Shown here: in pieces, positions 53,717 through 63,999 of the stretch
Layout: every line of letters starts with the position of its first letter
Position numbering within the stretch: position 1 is the first letter of the stretch
Notes under the pieces: model-generated
What the model saw: the letters and a program-made list of their open reading frames with translations, nothing else
The model's database searches: none
What the model was told of the DNA's origin: nothing
Origin: Candidatus Gastranaerophilales bacterium
GTDB taxonomy: Bacteria > Cyanobacteriota > Vampirovibrionia > Gastranaerophilales > Gastranaerophilaceae
Assembly: GCA_947624645.1 (NCBI GenBank)
Contig: CANQLG010000004.1
Span: 7,006 to 71,005, forward strand
Reading direction: 5' to 3'
Length of the DNA: 64,000 bases
Position numbers and translations under genes: made by a program

Positions 53717-55749
53717 TATTCTTCCGGTTTTTGAGGCATATTCTTTCTTAAATTATTTATTTTATTTTGTATATTACGACCTAAATTTTTATCTTCCGTA
53801 TATTTTACAAAATATTCATAATTTTCTATTGCTTTTTCAGTATTATTTTCTTTTTCATAAGCTAAACCCAATGCGTAATATGCATAAGCATAATCGGATT
53901 GTAATTCAATAACTTTTTCAAAATCCTTTTTTGCACTATCCAATTTATTTAACTCGGCTAAACATAGACCTCTGTTAAAATAAGCATCATAATTTTCGGG
54001 ATTTATATTTATTGAATTTTCATAATATTCAATAGCTCCGTCTAAATTGCCAAGACCCTTATATGTATTTCCTATTTTCAAATTCAAATACTCATCTTTG
54101 GAATCTATTGCAAAAGCTTTCATATACTCACTTAATGCCTGATTATAATTCTTTTCCCTGTAATAAGTATCCCCCAAATTAGTATAATAAGCCATCTTTT
54201 CTTCATTTGAAGTATCATTTACTTCCATAGCTTTTTCATAAACAATTTTAGCTTCATCGGTTTTGTCATACTTAGTCAGTGTCTTTGCGTATGAAGATAA
54301 GACCTCGGCATTTTCAGGTTCTATTTCTAAAGCCTTTTCGTAATACTCTATAACCTTGGATTTGGAGCCTAATTTTTCATAAGCATTCGCAATATTCATA
54401 TATAATGCAGGGTTATACGGATTCATGTCCAAAGCTGATTCATAAGAATTTATTGATTTTCTGTAATTACCGTCATTATAGAAACTTTCCGCCTGAGAAA
54501 TATATGCTTTTGATAAGTAATCTTTAGCTGATTCATTATCAGGTTCTTTTTGCAAAACTGATTTATATAAATCGACAGCATCCTGATACTTTTTTAATGC
54601 ATGATATGCAATACCCTTGTTTAACAGCCAATCAGTATTATTAGGCTCTGATATAAGTAAATCATTATATACTGCAATAGCATCTTCATATTTTTTATCA
54701 AGATGATAAGCTTTTGCAAGCTCTTTTTTTAATTCTATATCTTTTGGTGCGATAGTAGTTCCTTCTTTAAGAATTTTTATTGCATTTTCATAATCGCCTT
54801 TTTTTGAATAAATAATTCCGGCATTTAAATATGCGACAGGGTTATCTTTATTTGTTTTTAAATACTCCTCATACTGTTTAAGAGCCTCATCATATTTATC
54901 AGAGTCAGCAAGCAGGTTTGCATAATCAAATCTTATAGAAGAAAGTTCCGGCTGAGCTTCCAGTACTTTTGAAAATTCAGTTATTGCCTTATCATTCAAA
55001 TTTTTTGCCATATATACGTATGCAAGATTTGCTCTGGCTATATAGTCATTAACATCTTTTTTTAATGCCTTTAACAGTATTTTTTCCGCATTTTCAAAAT
55101 CGGATATACGGTATAGAGCAAGTCCGTAGCTGGAATAATCTTTAAATGAGTTCGGGTCTTTTAAATATATGTCATTATATATTTCAACCGCTTCTTTTGG
55201 TTTATCCATCCTTAAATATATTGATGCCATATTTTCTCTGGCATCCAATGCATCAGGATAGTATGTTAAAAACATCTGATAATATTTTATGGCTTCTTCA
55301 TCTTCTTTTAGATGAGTTTTAACACTGGCTAAATTTAAATAATTATATTTATATTCGGGAAATATTTTCATAGCCTGTTCATAAGCATTATTGGCATTTT
55401 TATAATCTTGGGTCTGTTCATAGATATTGCCTAAACTTATATATATAAATGCATCATTGGGTCTGAATTTAAGCGCTTTTTTATAAGCATCAACAGCATT
55501 GCCCCATTGCCCGAGTTCCGAATACATGCCTGCAAGTTTTGTATATAAAAGAGCATCATCGGGAGATAATTCAACCGCCTTATTTAATTGTTCGACAGCC
55601 TCTGCATACTTTGATTCATCGGCAAGTTTACAAGCATTATGATAATATTGATTTGCTTCTGGATTCATTGCTAATGCAGAAGAAAACAGTGAAAAAGACA
55701 CAACTGCACCAATTATTATATTCTTAATTTTTATGATACCATCCTCCAT
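53716..55749 (-). CDS. Secreted tetratricopeptide-repeat (TPR) protein
   Basis: 677 aa; signal peptide; about 18 consecutive 34-aa TPR units (recurrent A..Y..AL...P....A...LG..Y pattern). Confidence 0.85.
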   Translation of the reverse strand: MEDGIIKIKNIIIGAVVSFSLFSSALAMNPEANQYYHNACKLADESKYAEAVEQLNKAVELSPDDALLYTKLAGMYSELGQWGNAVDAYKKALKFRPNDAFIYISLGNIYEQTQDYKNANNAYEQAMKIFPEYKYNYLNLASVKTHLKEDEEAIKYYQMFLTYYPDALDARENMASIYLRMDKPKEAVEIYNDIYLKDPNSFKDYSSYGLALYRISDFENAEKILLKALKKDVNDYIARANLAYVYMAKNLNDKAITEFSKVLEAQPELSSIRFDYANLLADSDKYDEALKQYEEYLKTNKDNPVAYLNAGIIYSKKGDYENAIKILKEGTTIAPKDIELKKELAKAYHLDKKYEDAIAVYNDLLISEPNNTDWLLNKGIAYHALKKYQDAVDLYKSVLQKEPDNESAKDYLSKAYISQAESFYNDGNYRKSINSYESALDMNPYNPALYMNIANAYEKLGSKSKVIEYYEKALEIEPENAEVLSSYAKTLTKYDKTDEAKIVYEKAMEVNDTSNEEKMAYYTNLGDTYYREKNYNQALSEYMKAFAIDSKDEYLNLKIGNTYKGLGNLDGAIEYYENSININPENYDAYFNRGLCLAELNKLDSAKKDFEKVIELQSDYAYAYYALGLAYEKENNTEKAIENYEYFVKYTEDKNLGRNIQNKINNLRKNMPQKPEE

Positions 55750-55907
55750 ATTTTAGATAATTAAATTATCTTATTTACATCATAAAAAATCAATTAATTA
55801 ATATAAAAGAATTTGTAACGAATTTTTAATATATGAATAAATTTTATCATTTTTTTCATTTCATTCAACTTAAGAGTAATAAATAAGTAAGTAAAAGGAG
55901 TTTTGGT

Positions 55908-56807
55908 ATGGATCAAGTTAATTACAACAATACAACAATTCAAAATAAACAGCCATCAACCGGTAAAAAAATAGGAGCAGTAGTAGCCGGTCTTGCAATT
56001 AAGGGAGCTGCAAAACAAGGAGTAGATCTAGTCTCTCAAGGCGTTTTACTACCAAATATGCAAAAAATAGGAAAAAGTCTTTCCGAAGAAGAATATGCTC
56101 AACTAAAAGATGCAATTAAAAATCTCACAACAAAAGCTAACTTAGCTAAAAGCGGTGTTGATATAATAACCATTAATAGTGAAAATGCAAAACAAATTGA
56201 AGAAATGGTAAAAGACACTTTATCGAAAAAAATGAAATTTATTCCGAAAGAAACATTTTCTATATCGGCAAATATTATAACAGATATGATAAAAGACGGA
56301 AGAAATGCCCTTTTTGAAAATGGTGCAAATAAAATATTCATAGGAGACAGTAAAGAATTAGCAGCAAGCGTATTCCATGAAGCAGGACACGCTATGAACT
56401 ACAATTTAAATAAATTTACTAAATTATTACAAAATTGTCGAAATTTAAAATTATTAGCTTTACCGATTGCACTTATAGCATTGATACACACAGATAAAAC
56501 AAATGAAAACGGAGAACAAAGCAAATTAAATAAAGCCGGAGACTTTGTTAAAAAACACGCTGCCGGTTTAACCTTATTAAGCTTTTTACCCACGGTTGCA
56601 GAAGAAGGATTAGCATCTCTAAGAGGAGCAAAGCTGGCAAAACAAATGCTTGATCCTAACCTTGTTAAGAAAATCAATAAAACAAATTTATTAGGTTTTG
56701 CAAGTTATGTACTTATGGCAGTTGCAGCATCAGCAGGTATTCATCTTGCAGTTAAAGTTGCGGATAAATTTCGTGCACCGAAAGAAAATAACAAAACTCA
56801 AGCTTAA
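55908..56807 (+). CDS. Membrane protein with an HExxH zinc-metallopeptidase motif
   Basis: VFHEAGHAMN is followed by predicted TM helices (LLALPIALIALI, LLGFASYVLMAVAASAGIHLAV). The family was not recognised. Confidence 0.45.
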   Translation: MDQVNYNNTTIQNKQPSTGKKIGAVVAGLAIKGAAKQGVDLVSQGVLLPNMQKIGKSLSEEEYAQLKDAIKNLTTKANLAKSGVDIITINSENAKQIEEMVKDTLSKKMKFIPKETFSISANIITDMIKDGRNALFENGANKIFIGDSKELAASVFHEAGHAMNYNLNKFTKLLQNCRNLKLLALPIALIALIHTDKTNENGEQSKLNKAGDFVKKHAAGLTLLSFLPTVAEEGLASLRGAKLAKQMLDPNLVKKINKTNLLGFASYVLMAVAASAGIHLAVKVADKFRAPKENNKTQA

Positions 56808-56821
56808 TTATATATGATAAT

Positions 56822-56854
56822 AAAAAAGAACCTCTTTATAAGAGGTTCTTTTCA
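56822..56854. terminator. Bidirectional terminator
   Basis: aaaaagaacctct-ttata-agaggttctttt. The stop of the minus-strand fusion gene lies inside the hairpin. Confidence 0.65.
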
Positions 56855-59800
56855 TTTAATTTATCATACCATTCAAGTAAATCTTTTCTTTTTACTTTTC
56901 TTGTAGAAGTCTTTGGAAGTTCTTCCTTTCTCACAACTACAAGAGTGGGCGTTTTATATGCGGCAAGGTTTTGTGATGATAATTGTTTTACTTCTTCTTC
57001 AATAATCTGTTTAATATTTTCAAGATTAACAATATCATCGGTCGGTACAATTATAGCCCCTACTTCCTCAGTACCCGCTTTATTTCCTGATTTTATTTTT
57101 AAAGACAGTACACATACTTCTTTAATCTTATCCGATTTTTCAAGTACAGCTTCGACTTCTTCGGGGAAAATTTTCTTACCGCCGCCTAATACTATCATAT
57201 TCTTAATTCTTCCGGTAATTTTGATAAAACCATCCTTATCAATTTCACCGATATCTCCCGTATGGAACCAGCCGTTTTCGTCTATAACTTCAGAGGTCAT
57301 TTCAGGTTTACCCCAATATCCTTGCATTACATTCTGCCCCGTAACCAAAAGTTCGCCTTTTTCAGAAATTTTAACGGTAACAGACGGAAGTGCTTTTCCT
57401 ACCGTTCCTATTTTATTTTTTCCATAATAATTTGTTGATATTGTAGGGCTTGTTTCAGTTAAACCATAGCCCTGAAATACAGGGATTCCTATTCTGTCAA
57501 AAAATTCTGCAACATTTGTTTCTAACGGAGCTCCTCCCGATATAAAACATTCAAGTTTGCCTCCAAGTTCATCTGTTATTGGCTTGAACATTATTCTTCT
57601 TATTCGTCTCGGACAATATTTGGCAATTTTATACATAATTTCAAAAAGTTTTTTAACCTTTTCAGGTTGTTTATTTATCTGTTTTTCAATACTGTTTTTA
57701 AGCATTTTAGCAACAAGCGGAACAACTATCATATTTGTAATCTGTTTTTCTTTCATTGTTTCGGTAAGTTCCTTAGGACTTAAACTTTTTATATATGTTA
57801 TTTTGGCTCCCATATACAGCATTGTGAAAAATCCGTCTGTCAGTTCCAAAAGATGATTTATGGGTAATATTGATAACAAAGAATTTTCGGATGTTAATTT
57901 AAATATTTTTTCAAAGTCTTTAAACTGAGAATAAATGTTGCCAAAGCTTATCATTACACCTTTAGGATTGCCTGTTGTTCCCGAAGTATATACAATTAAT
58001 GCTGTTTCATCAAGAGTTCTGGGGCGTCCGAGATTCTTTTCAACATCCGATTCCAAATCCGATACATTAGGATAATCACTAGGTGTTTCCTTATCCAAAA
58101 CAAAAATATGCTCTATTGAAGCTACATTATTTTTTACCTCTAAAGCGTGTTCCAGATAATGTGATGAACACATCAATATTTTAGGATTACAATCCGATAA
58201 AATATTTGTATGCTCATTTACGGTTAATTTAATATCTAAAGGCACAGTTATTGCACCAGTTTGAATTGAAGCAAACATTCCTATCGCAAATTCGGGACGT
58301 GATTCAGAAATTATGGCAATTCTGTCTCCTCTTTTTATTGAAGTATTTTCTATCAAATAGTTGGCAAATCTTTTAGCATTACGTGAAAGTTCAATATATG
58401 TTATATCCTGATAACCGTCTTTTGTCTTTAAAGAAAGTGCTTTAACAGGTCCGTATATATCACTTTTTTCTCTCATTAAATCCAAAAAGTTAGAATACAT
58501 TTCTTTGGAAATTTGATAGAATGCCCTTCTTTCAAGTGACTTTTTCATAAAATTAACTCTTAATTGAAGTTCATTCGCTATATCTTTATCATCTTTGGAT
58601 AAATCATTAACACTTTGACCGAATTGGATAATAATTGTATTAAAGAATTTGGGTAATAATCTTTGTTTATTCCAAGTTTCAAAACCACCCTTGATAGCAA
58701 AGGGAACAATAGGGCAATTTGCTTGTTTTGCCATAATTGATACACCCCTGTGAAATTTACATAAATTCCCGTCAGGAGTAAACTTACCCTCGGGAAATAT
58801 AATAACAGCTTCTCCTTTATTTAATTTGGTTACGGCTAAATCGATAGCTTCCATACCCTGTCCGAAGTTTAGCGGCAATACATTATAATATTTCAATAAA
58901 TGGCGTATAACGGGGACTTTAAAAGCGGCAGGTCCCGTTACAAACCACAGCGGTCTTTTGGTTGCCATCTGCAATATAAATGGATCCAAATGCCCCGTAT
59001 GATTACCTGCTAATATTACCTTGCCTTTTTTGGGTATATTTTCTATCCCCTCAACTTTATATCTGAACAGCATTACAAATATTTGCCCCAGTGTCGCTTT
59101 AAGCAGAAAATATCTGAATGATTTATCAAATAACAATATGCAAAGAGCAAGTATAAAAGAAGCCCCCGCAATAATTTTAAATGTAGTCAAAGGCTGCATA
59201 TAGTTAGTCGAATATATAACGGCTAAAGTACCTATCAAAAAGCTGAGAGTATTTAATGTTAAATTTAAACCGAAAATTTTACCGCGAACTCTGTCGGGAG
59301 TTACCTTTTGTAAAATCGTATCCAGCATAACAACAACCATTGCATCTGCAATACCGATAGGAATTAACCACTTCCAAGCAATTGATAATGAATTACAAAA
59401 ATTAGCAGTAAATAAAGTAATACATAATATTATAAAGCCCAGTGCAAACATGTGTATAAGTTTTAATTTTCTTGATAAATATATGGTTACAAACATACCG
59501 ATTATAATGCCCGCTCCTAAAATGGTTCTAAGATATGTTAAATCACTAAACTCAAGCTTGTAATAATCTGTTATAAGAGTATTTAAGTTGTTTGAAAATG
59601 CAGCTACTATAAATTGTATACAAATAGAGAGAATTACTAAATATAAAGCCCTTTTATGCCCTTTTATATATTTTACGGCTACTTTCATATCCTCTATAAT
59701 TTTATTTGACATTTTTGCCGCATTTTGGCTGTATTTCGGTCTTATACTTAAACAAAATAAAGAAGAAATAAAGTAAAATGCCGCAATAACATATAAAGCA

Positions 59801-60327
59801 GTCAGATTATTTGTTTGCTTAATTATAAAATCAGCAATAAAAGCACCGAATAATATAGCAATTGCACCGATAGAAGAATTAAGAGCATTTGCAAATTTTA
59901 ACTGCGAGCCCTCAACAACATTAGGGAGTATCGACATTTTTGCGGGGTAGAAAAACGTACTTCCGCATCCGAGCATAAATGCCGTTATATAGACGGTATT
60001 TAAAGATAATGCCCCTTGCTTATGATATACATATATAAATAAACATAACACAAAACACCTGTATAATGTACTTGCGAAAAGAATTATTTTTCTTGAAAAT
60101 TTATCGCAAAATGCCCCCGTAAAAGGACTGAATAAAAATTGGGGCAGCAAAAATACAAAAAAAGTCATCGCAATTGCTTTACCTGCACTGGGCAATGATA
60201 CCATCAATATTGATATGAGAATAAACTGTAATATTGCATCAGAAAAATGCGAAAATAACTGACCGATAAATAATTTATCAAATTCTATATTTGCAACAGG
60301 CCCCAGCTTTTTTATAAAACTATTCAT
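56836..60327 (-). CDS. Triple fusion: MFS lysophospholipid-transporter-like domain + PlsC-type acyltransferase + AMP-dependent acyl ligase (LplT-Aas-like)
   Basis: About 400 aa with 12 TM helices; acyltransferase NHTGHLDP (HX4D) and FPEGK; adenylation motifs YTSGTTGNPKGV, GYGLTE and TGDIGEIDKDGFIKITGR. Confidence 0.8.
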   Translation of the reverse strand: MNSFIKKLGPVANIEFDKLFIGQLFSHFSDAILQFILISILMVSLPSAGKAIAMTFFVFLLPQFLFSPFTGAFCDKFSRKIILFASTLYRCFVLCLFIYVYHKQGALSLNTVYITAFMLGCGSTFFYPAKMSILPNVVEGSQLKFANALNSSIGAIAILFGAFIADFIIKQTNNLTALYVIAAFYFISSLFCLSIRPKYSQNAAKMSNKIIEDMKVAVKYIKGHKRALYLVILSICIQFIVAAFSNNLNTLITDYYKLEFSDLTYLRTILGAGIIIGMFVTIYLSRKLKLIHMFALGFIILCITLFTANFCNSLSIAWKWLIPIGIADAMVVVMLDTILQKVTPDRVRGKIFGLNLTLNTLSFLIGTLAVIYSTNYMQPLTTFKIIAGASFILALCILLFDKSFRYFLLKATLGQIFVMLFRYKVEGIENIPKKGKVILAGNHTGHLDPFILQMATKRPLWFVTGPAAFKVPVIRHLLKYYNVLPLNFGQGMEAIDLAVTKLNKGEAVIIFPEGKFTPDGNLCKFHRGVSIMAKQANCPIVPFAIKGGFETWNKQRLLPKFFNTIIIQFGQSVNDLSKDDKDIANELQLRVNFMKKSLERRAFYQISKEMYSNFLDLMREKSDIYGPVKALSLKTKDGYQDITYIELSRNAKRFANYLIENTSIKRGDRIAIISESRPEFAIGMFASIQTGAITVPLDIKLTVNEHTNILSDCNPKILMCSSHYLEHALEVKNNVASIEHIFVLDKETPSDYPNVSDLESDVEKNLGRPRTLDETALIVYTSGTTGNPKGVMISFGNIYSQFKDFEKIFKLTSENSLLSILPINHLLELTDGFFTMLYMGAKITYIKSLSPKELTETMKEKQITNMIVVPLVAKMLKNSIEKQINKQPEKVKKLFEIMYKIAKYCPRRIRRIMFKPITDELGGKLECFISGGAPLETNVAEFFDRIGIPVFQGYGLTETSPTISTNYYGKNKIGTVGKALPSVTVKISEKGELLVTGQNVMQGYWGKPEMTSEVIDENGWFHTGDIGEIDKDGFIKITGRIKNMIVLGGGKKIFPEEVEAVLEKSDKIKEVCVLSLKIKSGNKAGTEEVGAIIVPTDDIVNLENIKQIIEEEVKQLSSQNLAAYKTPTLVVVRKEELPKTSTRKVKRKDLLEWYDKLNEKNLL

Positions 60328-60454
60328 AATTCCACCTCAAATTCTATAAACAGTATACTATTGTTTAAATTTTTAATGAACTTTTTTACAAATTAATTTA
60401 AATATAAATTGTATTTATATTCCCTTTAACAAAAATATCAGTATAATGTTAAAT

Positions 60455-61066
60455 ATGAAAAAGATATTATCCGTAATTTGCATAATGATTTCATCAATCT
60501 TAACGATTGGGGCAGGATATAACGGTACTTTACCCGATATTGAGTCAGAATTTATTCACCTGCAAAAACAGCACAGTGAAAATGCTTCAACCCCATATAC
60601 AATTGAAGAACTTGACAAACAAAATGAAGAAAAATTAAAACCGATTCCCCGTGACAATGACTCTTATGTTGATATCATTATAAAAAAAGAAAGCTCATCT
60701 CAATATTTAAATGATGTTAATGACGTTATCGTAATCTTGGAAAAACTGAGAAAATGTATTAACACCGATAATGATATTCAAAAATTTAACGCAATAGTAA
60801 GCAATCTCATTGATAACGTTGAATATATAAAAACAGAATATAAAGATAAACCTGAAAGTAACTATATTTCATACAACAGATTAATACAAATGTCATATAT
60901 TGCAAGAGATGTGGCAAATTTCAGAACTCAAGAGCTTATCAATGAAAAATATATCCCATATACATCGACAAATAATACTTACACAAATGAAAACTATAAT
61001 TCAAAGATGGATAACCTTTTTACATTCCTTAATGACACTATTTTTATTTTAAAAAACTTAGAATAA
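60455..61066 (+). CDS. Hypothetical secreted protein
   Basis: MKKILSVICIMISSILTIGAG signal peptide; no recognised domain. Confidence 0.5.
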   Translation: MKKILSVICIMISSILTIGAGYNGTLPDIESEFIHLQKQHSENASTPYTIEELDKQNEEKLKPIPRDNDSYVDIIIKKESSSQYLNDVNDVIVILEKLRKCINTDNDIQKFNAIVSNLIDNVEYIKTEYKDKPESNYISYNRLIQMSYIARDVANFRTQELINEKYIPYTSTNNTYTNENYNSKMDNLFTFLNDTIFILKNLE

Positions 61067-61144
61067 TTAAACTAAAATATAGCTTCATGACTATTTTTAA
61101 AAAGTAAAATTTGCTCCTATATATATACAGAGGGGAGCAAAATA

Positions 61145-61831
61145 ATGATAAAAAAATTTATTTTAGCAATTATAGGAATTTTTTATTTCGCAATTCCCGT
61201 AATGAGTTTTTCAGACGATGAATTGGCAAGAATGGAATATACAAGATACGGACAGGCATTTGAAAATGAAAGTTTATCAACAAGATTAAACAGGCTTGAA
61301 AGTGACGTTTTTGGGATGGCACAAAGCGGAAGTGTAGATGACAGAATTAATATGCTTGCCAAATTATCACAAGATTCAATAAAATCTCCTATTTCTCCAA
61401 TATATGAAAACTATTATCCGGGAGATAAACCAAGTAAATTAAAAAGTATGTGGAATACAATAAGTGCCCCATTTTCAACAACATCAACAATGACAGGATT
61501 CACACCTTCTTGGGATTCTTATTACGGTACAACAGGTTCAGGATACGCTAATAATATGTACAGAAACGAATTTTTAAACTTTATGAATAATCCGGGGAAT
61601 TACTGCCCATATCACAACAGATACCATAATAATAACAGATTTTTCAACCGTCCTTATTACCAAAATAAAGGTTTTTTAAATTCGGGAATAAAAAGACCTT
61701 ACTACCATAACAATTTACATAATCACAACTACAACGGAAACTATTACAATTATTACAGAAATTTCAACAACAATCCTTATTTCACACCCGATATAACAAC
61801 AAGATCCTCGGTACATATAATACGGGATTAA
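61145..61831 (+). CDS. Hypothetical secreted protein with an Asn/Tyr/His-rich low-complexity C-terminus
   Basis: GGGGAG RBS and a signal peptide. C-terminal ..YHNRYHNNNRFFNRPYYQNKG..YYHNNLHNHNYNGNYYNYYRNFNNNPYF. Confidence 0.55.
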   Translation: MIKKFILAIIGIFYFAIPVMSFSDDELARMEYTRYGQAFENESLSTRLNRLESDVFGMAQSGSVDDRINMLAKLSQDSIKSPISPIYENYYPGDKPSKLKSMWNTISAPFSTTSTMTGFTPSWDSYYGTTGSGYANNMYRNEFLNFMNNPGNYCPYHNRYHNNNRFFNRPYYQNKGFLNSGIKRPYYHNNLHNHNYNGNYYNYYRNFNNNPYFTPDITTRSSVHIIRD

Positions 61832-61845
61832 TTTTATACAATATA

Positions 61846-61872
61846 AAAAGAGGACAAAATTGTCCTCTTTTC
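61846..61872 (+). terminator. Rho-independent terminator
   Basis: gaggaca-aaat-tgtcctc followed by tttt. Confidence 0.6.
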
Positions 61873-61898
61873 ACTTTTAAAATTTTTAAAAAATTAAA

Positions 61899-62132
61899 CT
61901 ATGACTCAAATACATAGCACAACAGAGAAGTTTCTCTTGCTTTTTTAACTGCTTTAGCAAGCATTCTCTGATGTTCAGCACAAGTACCCGTTATTCTTCT
62001 GGGTAATATTTTACCTGCTTCCGTTAAGTATTTTCTTAATTTTTGAGCATCTTTGTAATCAATGGTTTCTACCTTATCTGCGCAGAAACTGCAATTTTTA
62101 CGTTTTTTCTTGTCTAATTGTTCTTTTGCCAT
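61899..62132 (-). CDS. rpsR: 30S ribosomal protein S18
   Basis: [29 protein letters not shown] pattern; 77 aa; located in the rpsF-ssb-rpsR cluster. Confidence 0.93.
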   Translation of the reverse strand: MAKEQLDKKKRKNCSFCADKVETIDYKDAQKLRKYLTEAGKILPRRITGTCAEHQRMLAKAVKKARETSLLCYVFES

Positions 62133-62158
62133 TATATTTATCCTCTATATTCTAATCA

Positions 62159-62560
62159 TTAAAACGGAATTTCTTCCTCACCTATTAACACATCATCCAT
62201 CTCAACTTCTGAGAATTTAACCACTTCATCAGAAGTTTTGTTCTGCTGTACGGATGTATTTGAAGTTCCAGAGATAAGCTCAAAACTTGATAAATCAAGC
62301 TCCATAACTTTCTTTTCGGTACCGTCTTCAGCCTGAACGGATGATACTTGAAGTCTGCCCTCTATAACAATTTTGTCACCTTTTGAAACAGACTGTTCAA
62401 CAGCCTCGGCATTATTGCCCCGAGCAATAACTCTGATTAAAGATTGTTCTTTTTCATCTATATTCAATGTAAAAGAAGTAACGGGAATATTATTCCCCGT
62501 AAATCTTTTTTCGGGAGCTCTGTAAACTATACCTGATAACACCGCTTTTGCTATTGACAT
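62159..62560 (-). CDS. ssb: Single-stranded DNA-binding protein
   Basis: OB-fold N-terminus and an acidic C-terminal tip ending EEIPF; conserved position between rpsF and rpsR. Confidence 0.9.
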   Translation of the reverse strand: MSIAKAVLSGIVYRAPEKRFTGNNIPVTSFTLNIDEKEQSLIRVIARGNNAEAVEQSVSKGDKIVIEGRLQVSSVQAEDGTEKKVMELDLSSFELISGTSNTSVQQNKTSDEVVKFSEVEMDDVLIGEEEIPF

Positions 62561-62573
62561 AATTCTCTCCGTA

Positions 62574-62870
62574 TTACGCTTTTACTTCTGAAGTTTCAAT
62601 AAGCATAATTCTAAGTATATTTTCATTTAACCTTAATTGTCTGTTAAATTTACCTGCTTGTTTAGGCTCCATTTCAAAGTTATGTACAACAAAATATCCG
62701 TCTCTAAAGTCTTTAATGTCATAAGACAATTTTTTACGGCCCATTTTATCCGTAGAAGTAACCTTTCCATCCAAAGAAGTAATTGTTTCTTCAATTTTTG
62801 CACAAACTTTATCAAATTCTTCTGAATCAATATTCGGTTTAATTATTGATAATAATTCGTATGTTCTCAA
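62574..62870 (-). CDS. rpsF: 30S ribosomal protein S6
   Basis: (M)RTYELLSIIKPNIDSEE.. The start is reassigned to TTG 62870, which follows AAGGAG by 7 nt. The ORF-track start at 62900 would add 10 non-conserved residues. Confidence 0.88.
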   Translation of the reverse strand: MRTYELLSIIKPNIDSEEFDKVCAKIEETITSLDGKVTSTDKMGRKKLSYDIKDFRDGYFVVHNFEMEPKQAGKFNRQLRLNENILRIMLIETSEVKA

Positions 62871-62958
62871 TTTAGTTCTCCTTGACTTAATATATTTCAA
62901 GTATCATGTTAGCACGAATATTTTTAAATACAAATTTTATGTTAAAATTAATTGCGAT

Positions 62959-63999
62959 ATGGATACAAAAGTTATACTCGCAGGAAAAAATTTGGAAGAA
63001 CTTGAAAAATTTATGATTGATAATAATCAATCAAAATTTCGTGCGAAGCAATTATATAATTGGATTTACTTAAAATCCGTAAAAGAAATCAATGATATGA
63101 CTGATTTACCAATAAGCACAAGAGAACTGCTTATTGAAAAAACACAATTTTGTTCAATCTCAATAAAAGACAAACAAATCAGTAAAGACGGAACAATAAA
63201 ATATTTATTTGAACTAAAAGACGGGAATTACGTTGAAGCAGTACTGATGAGGTTTGATAACAGAGCAAATTTAACTGCCTGTATAAGTACACAAGTCGGC
63301 TGTGCAATGGGTTGTGATTTTTGTGCGACAGCAAAACTCGGGTTTAAACGTAATCTTGAAACTGAAGAAATTATTCAACAAATATATCTTATACAAGCAG
63401 ATACGGGATTAAAAATTACAAATATAGTATATATGGGGCAAGGAGAACCTCTGTTAAACTTTAATAATTTAATAGGTTCAATAAAAATTTTGCGTGAACA
63501 ATTTCAAATTGGAGCAAGGAGAATAACCGTTTCAACCTGCGGAATCATCCCCAAAATTAAAGAACTTGCCGAGCTTGATTTTCAATCAACACTGGCGATA
63601 TCTCTCCATGCGCCGAATCAGGCAATACGTGAGAAAATAATGCCGGTGGCTAAGGAATATAAATTTGATGATTTAATAAAAGAATTAAAATCCTATACAC
63701 AAAAAACGGGCAGGAGAGTGACAATAGAATATGTTTTGATGAAAGACATTAATGATTCAGTTAATGATGCGAAACAGCTTGCAACTGCAATAGCTAAACT
63801 AAAAAGTAACGTAAATTTAATTTTATACAATCAAAACGAAAAAAGTAATTATAAAAAGCCGTTAAAGGAAACCGTTCAAAAGTTTAAATATATATTGGAA
63901 GCTTCAGGGAAAAAAGTTACGATAAGACTTGAACGAGGTGCTGATATAGATGCAGCATGCGGGCAGCTGAGTTCAAAAAAATCATGCCGTAATAGTTAA
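62959..63999 (+). CDS. rlmN: 23S rRNA (adenine2503-C2)/tRNA methyltransferase RlmN (radical SAM)
   Basis: FRAKQLYNWIY N-terminus, CAMGCDFCAT radical-SAM cluster motif, and C-terminal ..DIDAACGQL. Confidence 0.92.
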   Translation: MDTKVILAGKNLEELEKFMIDNNQSKFRAKQLYNWIYLKSVKEINDMTDLPISTRELLIEKTQFCSISIKDKQISKDGTIKYLFELKDGNYVEAVLMRFDNRANLTACISTQVGCAMGCDFCATAKLGFKRNLETEEIIQQIYLIQADTGLKITNIVYMGQGEPLLNFNNLIGSIKILREQFQIGARRITVSTCGIIPKIKELAELDFQSTLAISLHAPNQAIREKIMPVAKEYKFDDLIKELKSYTQKTGRRVTIEYVLMKDINDSVNDAKQLATAIAKLKSNVNLILYNQNEKSNYKKPLKETVQKFKYILEASGKKVTIRLERGADIDAACGQLSSKKSCRNS

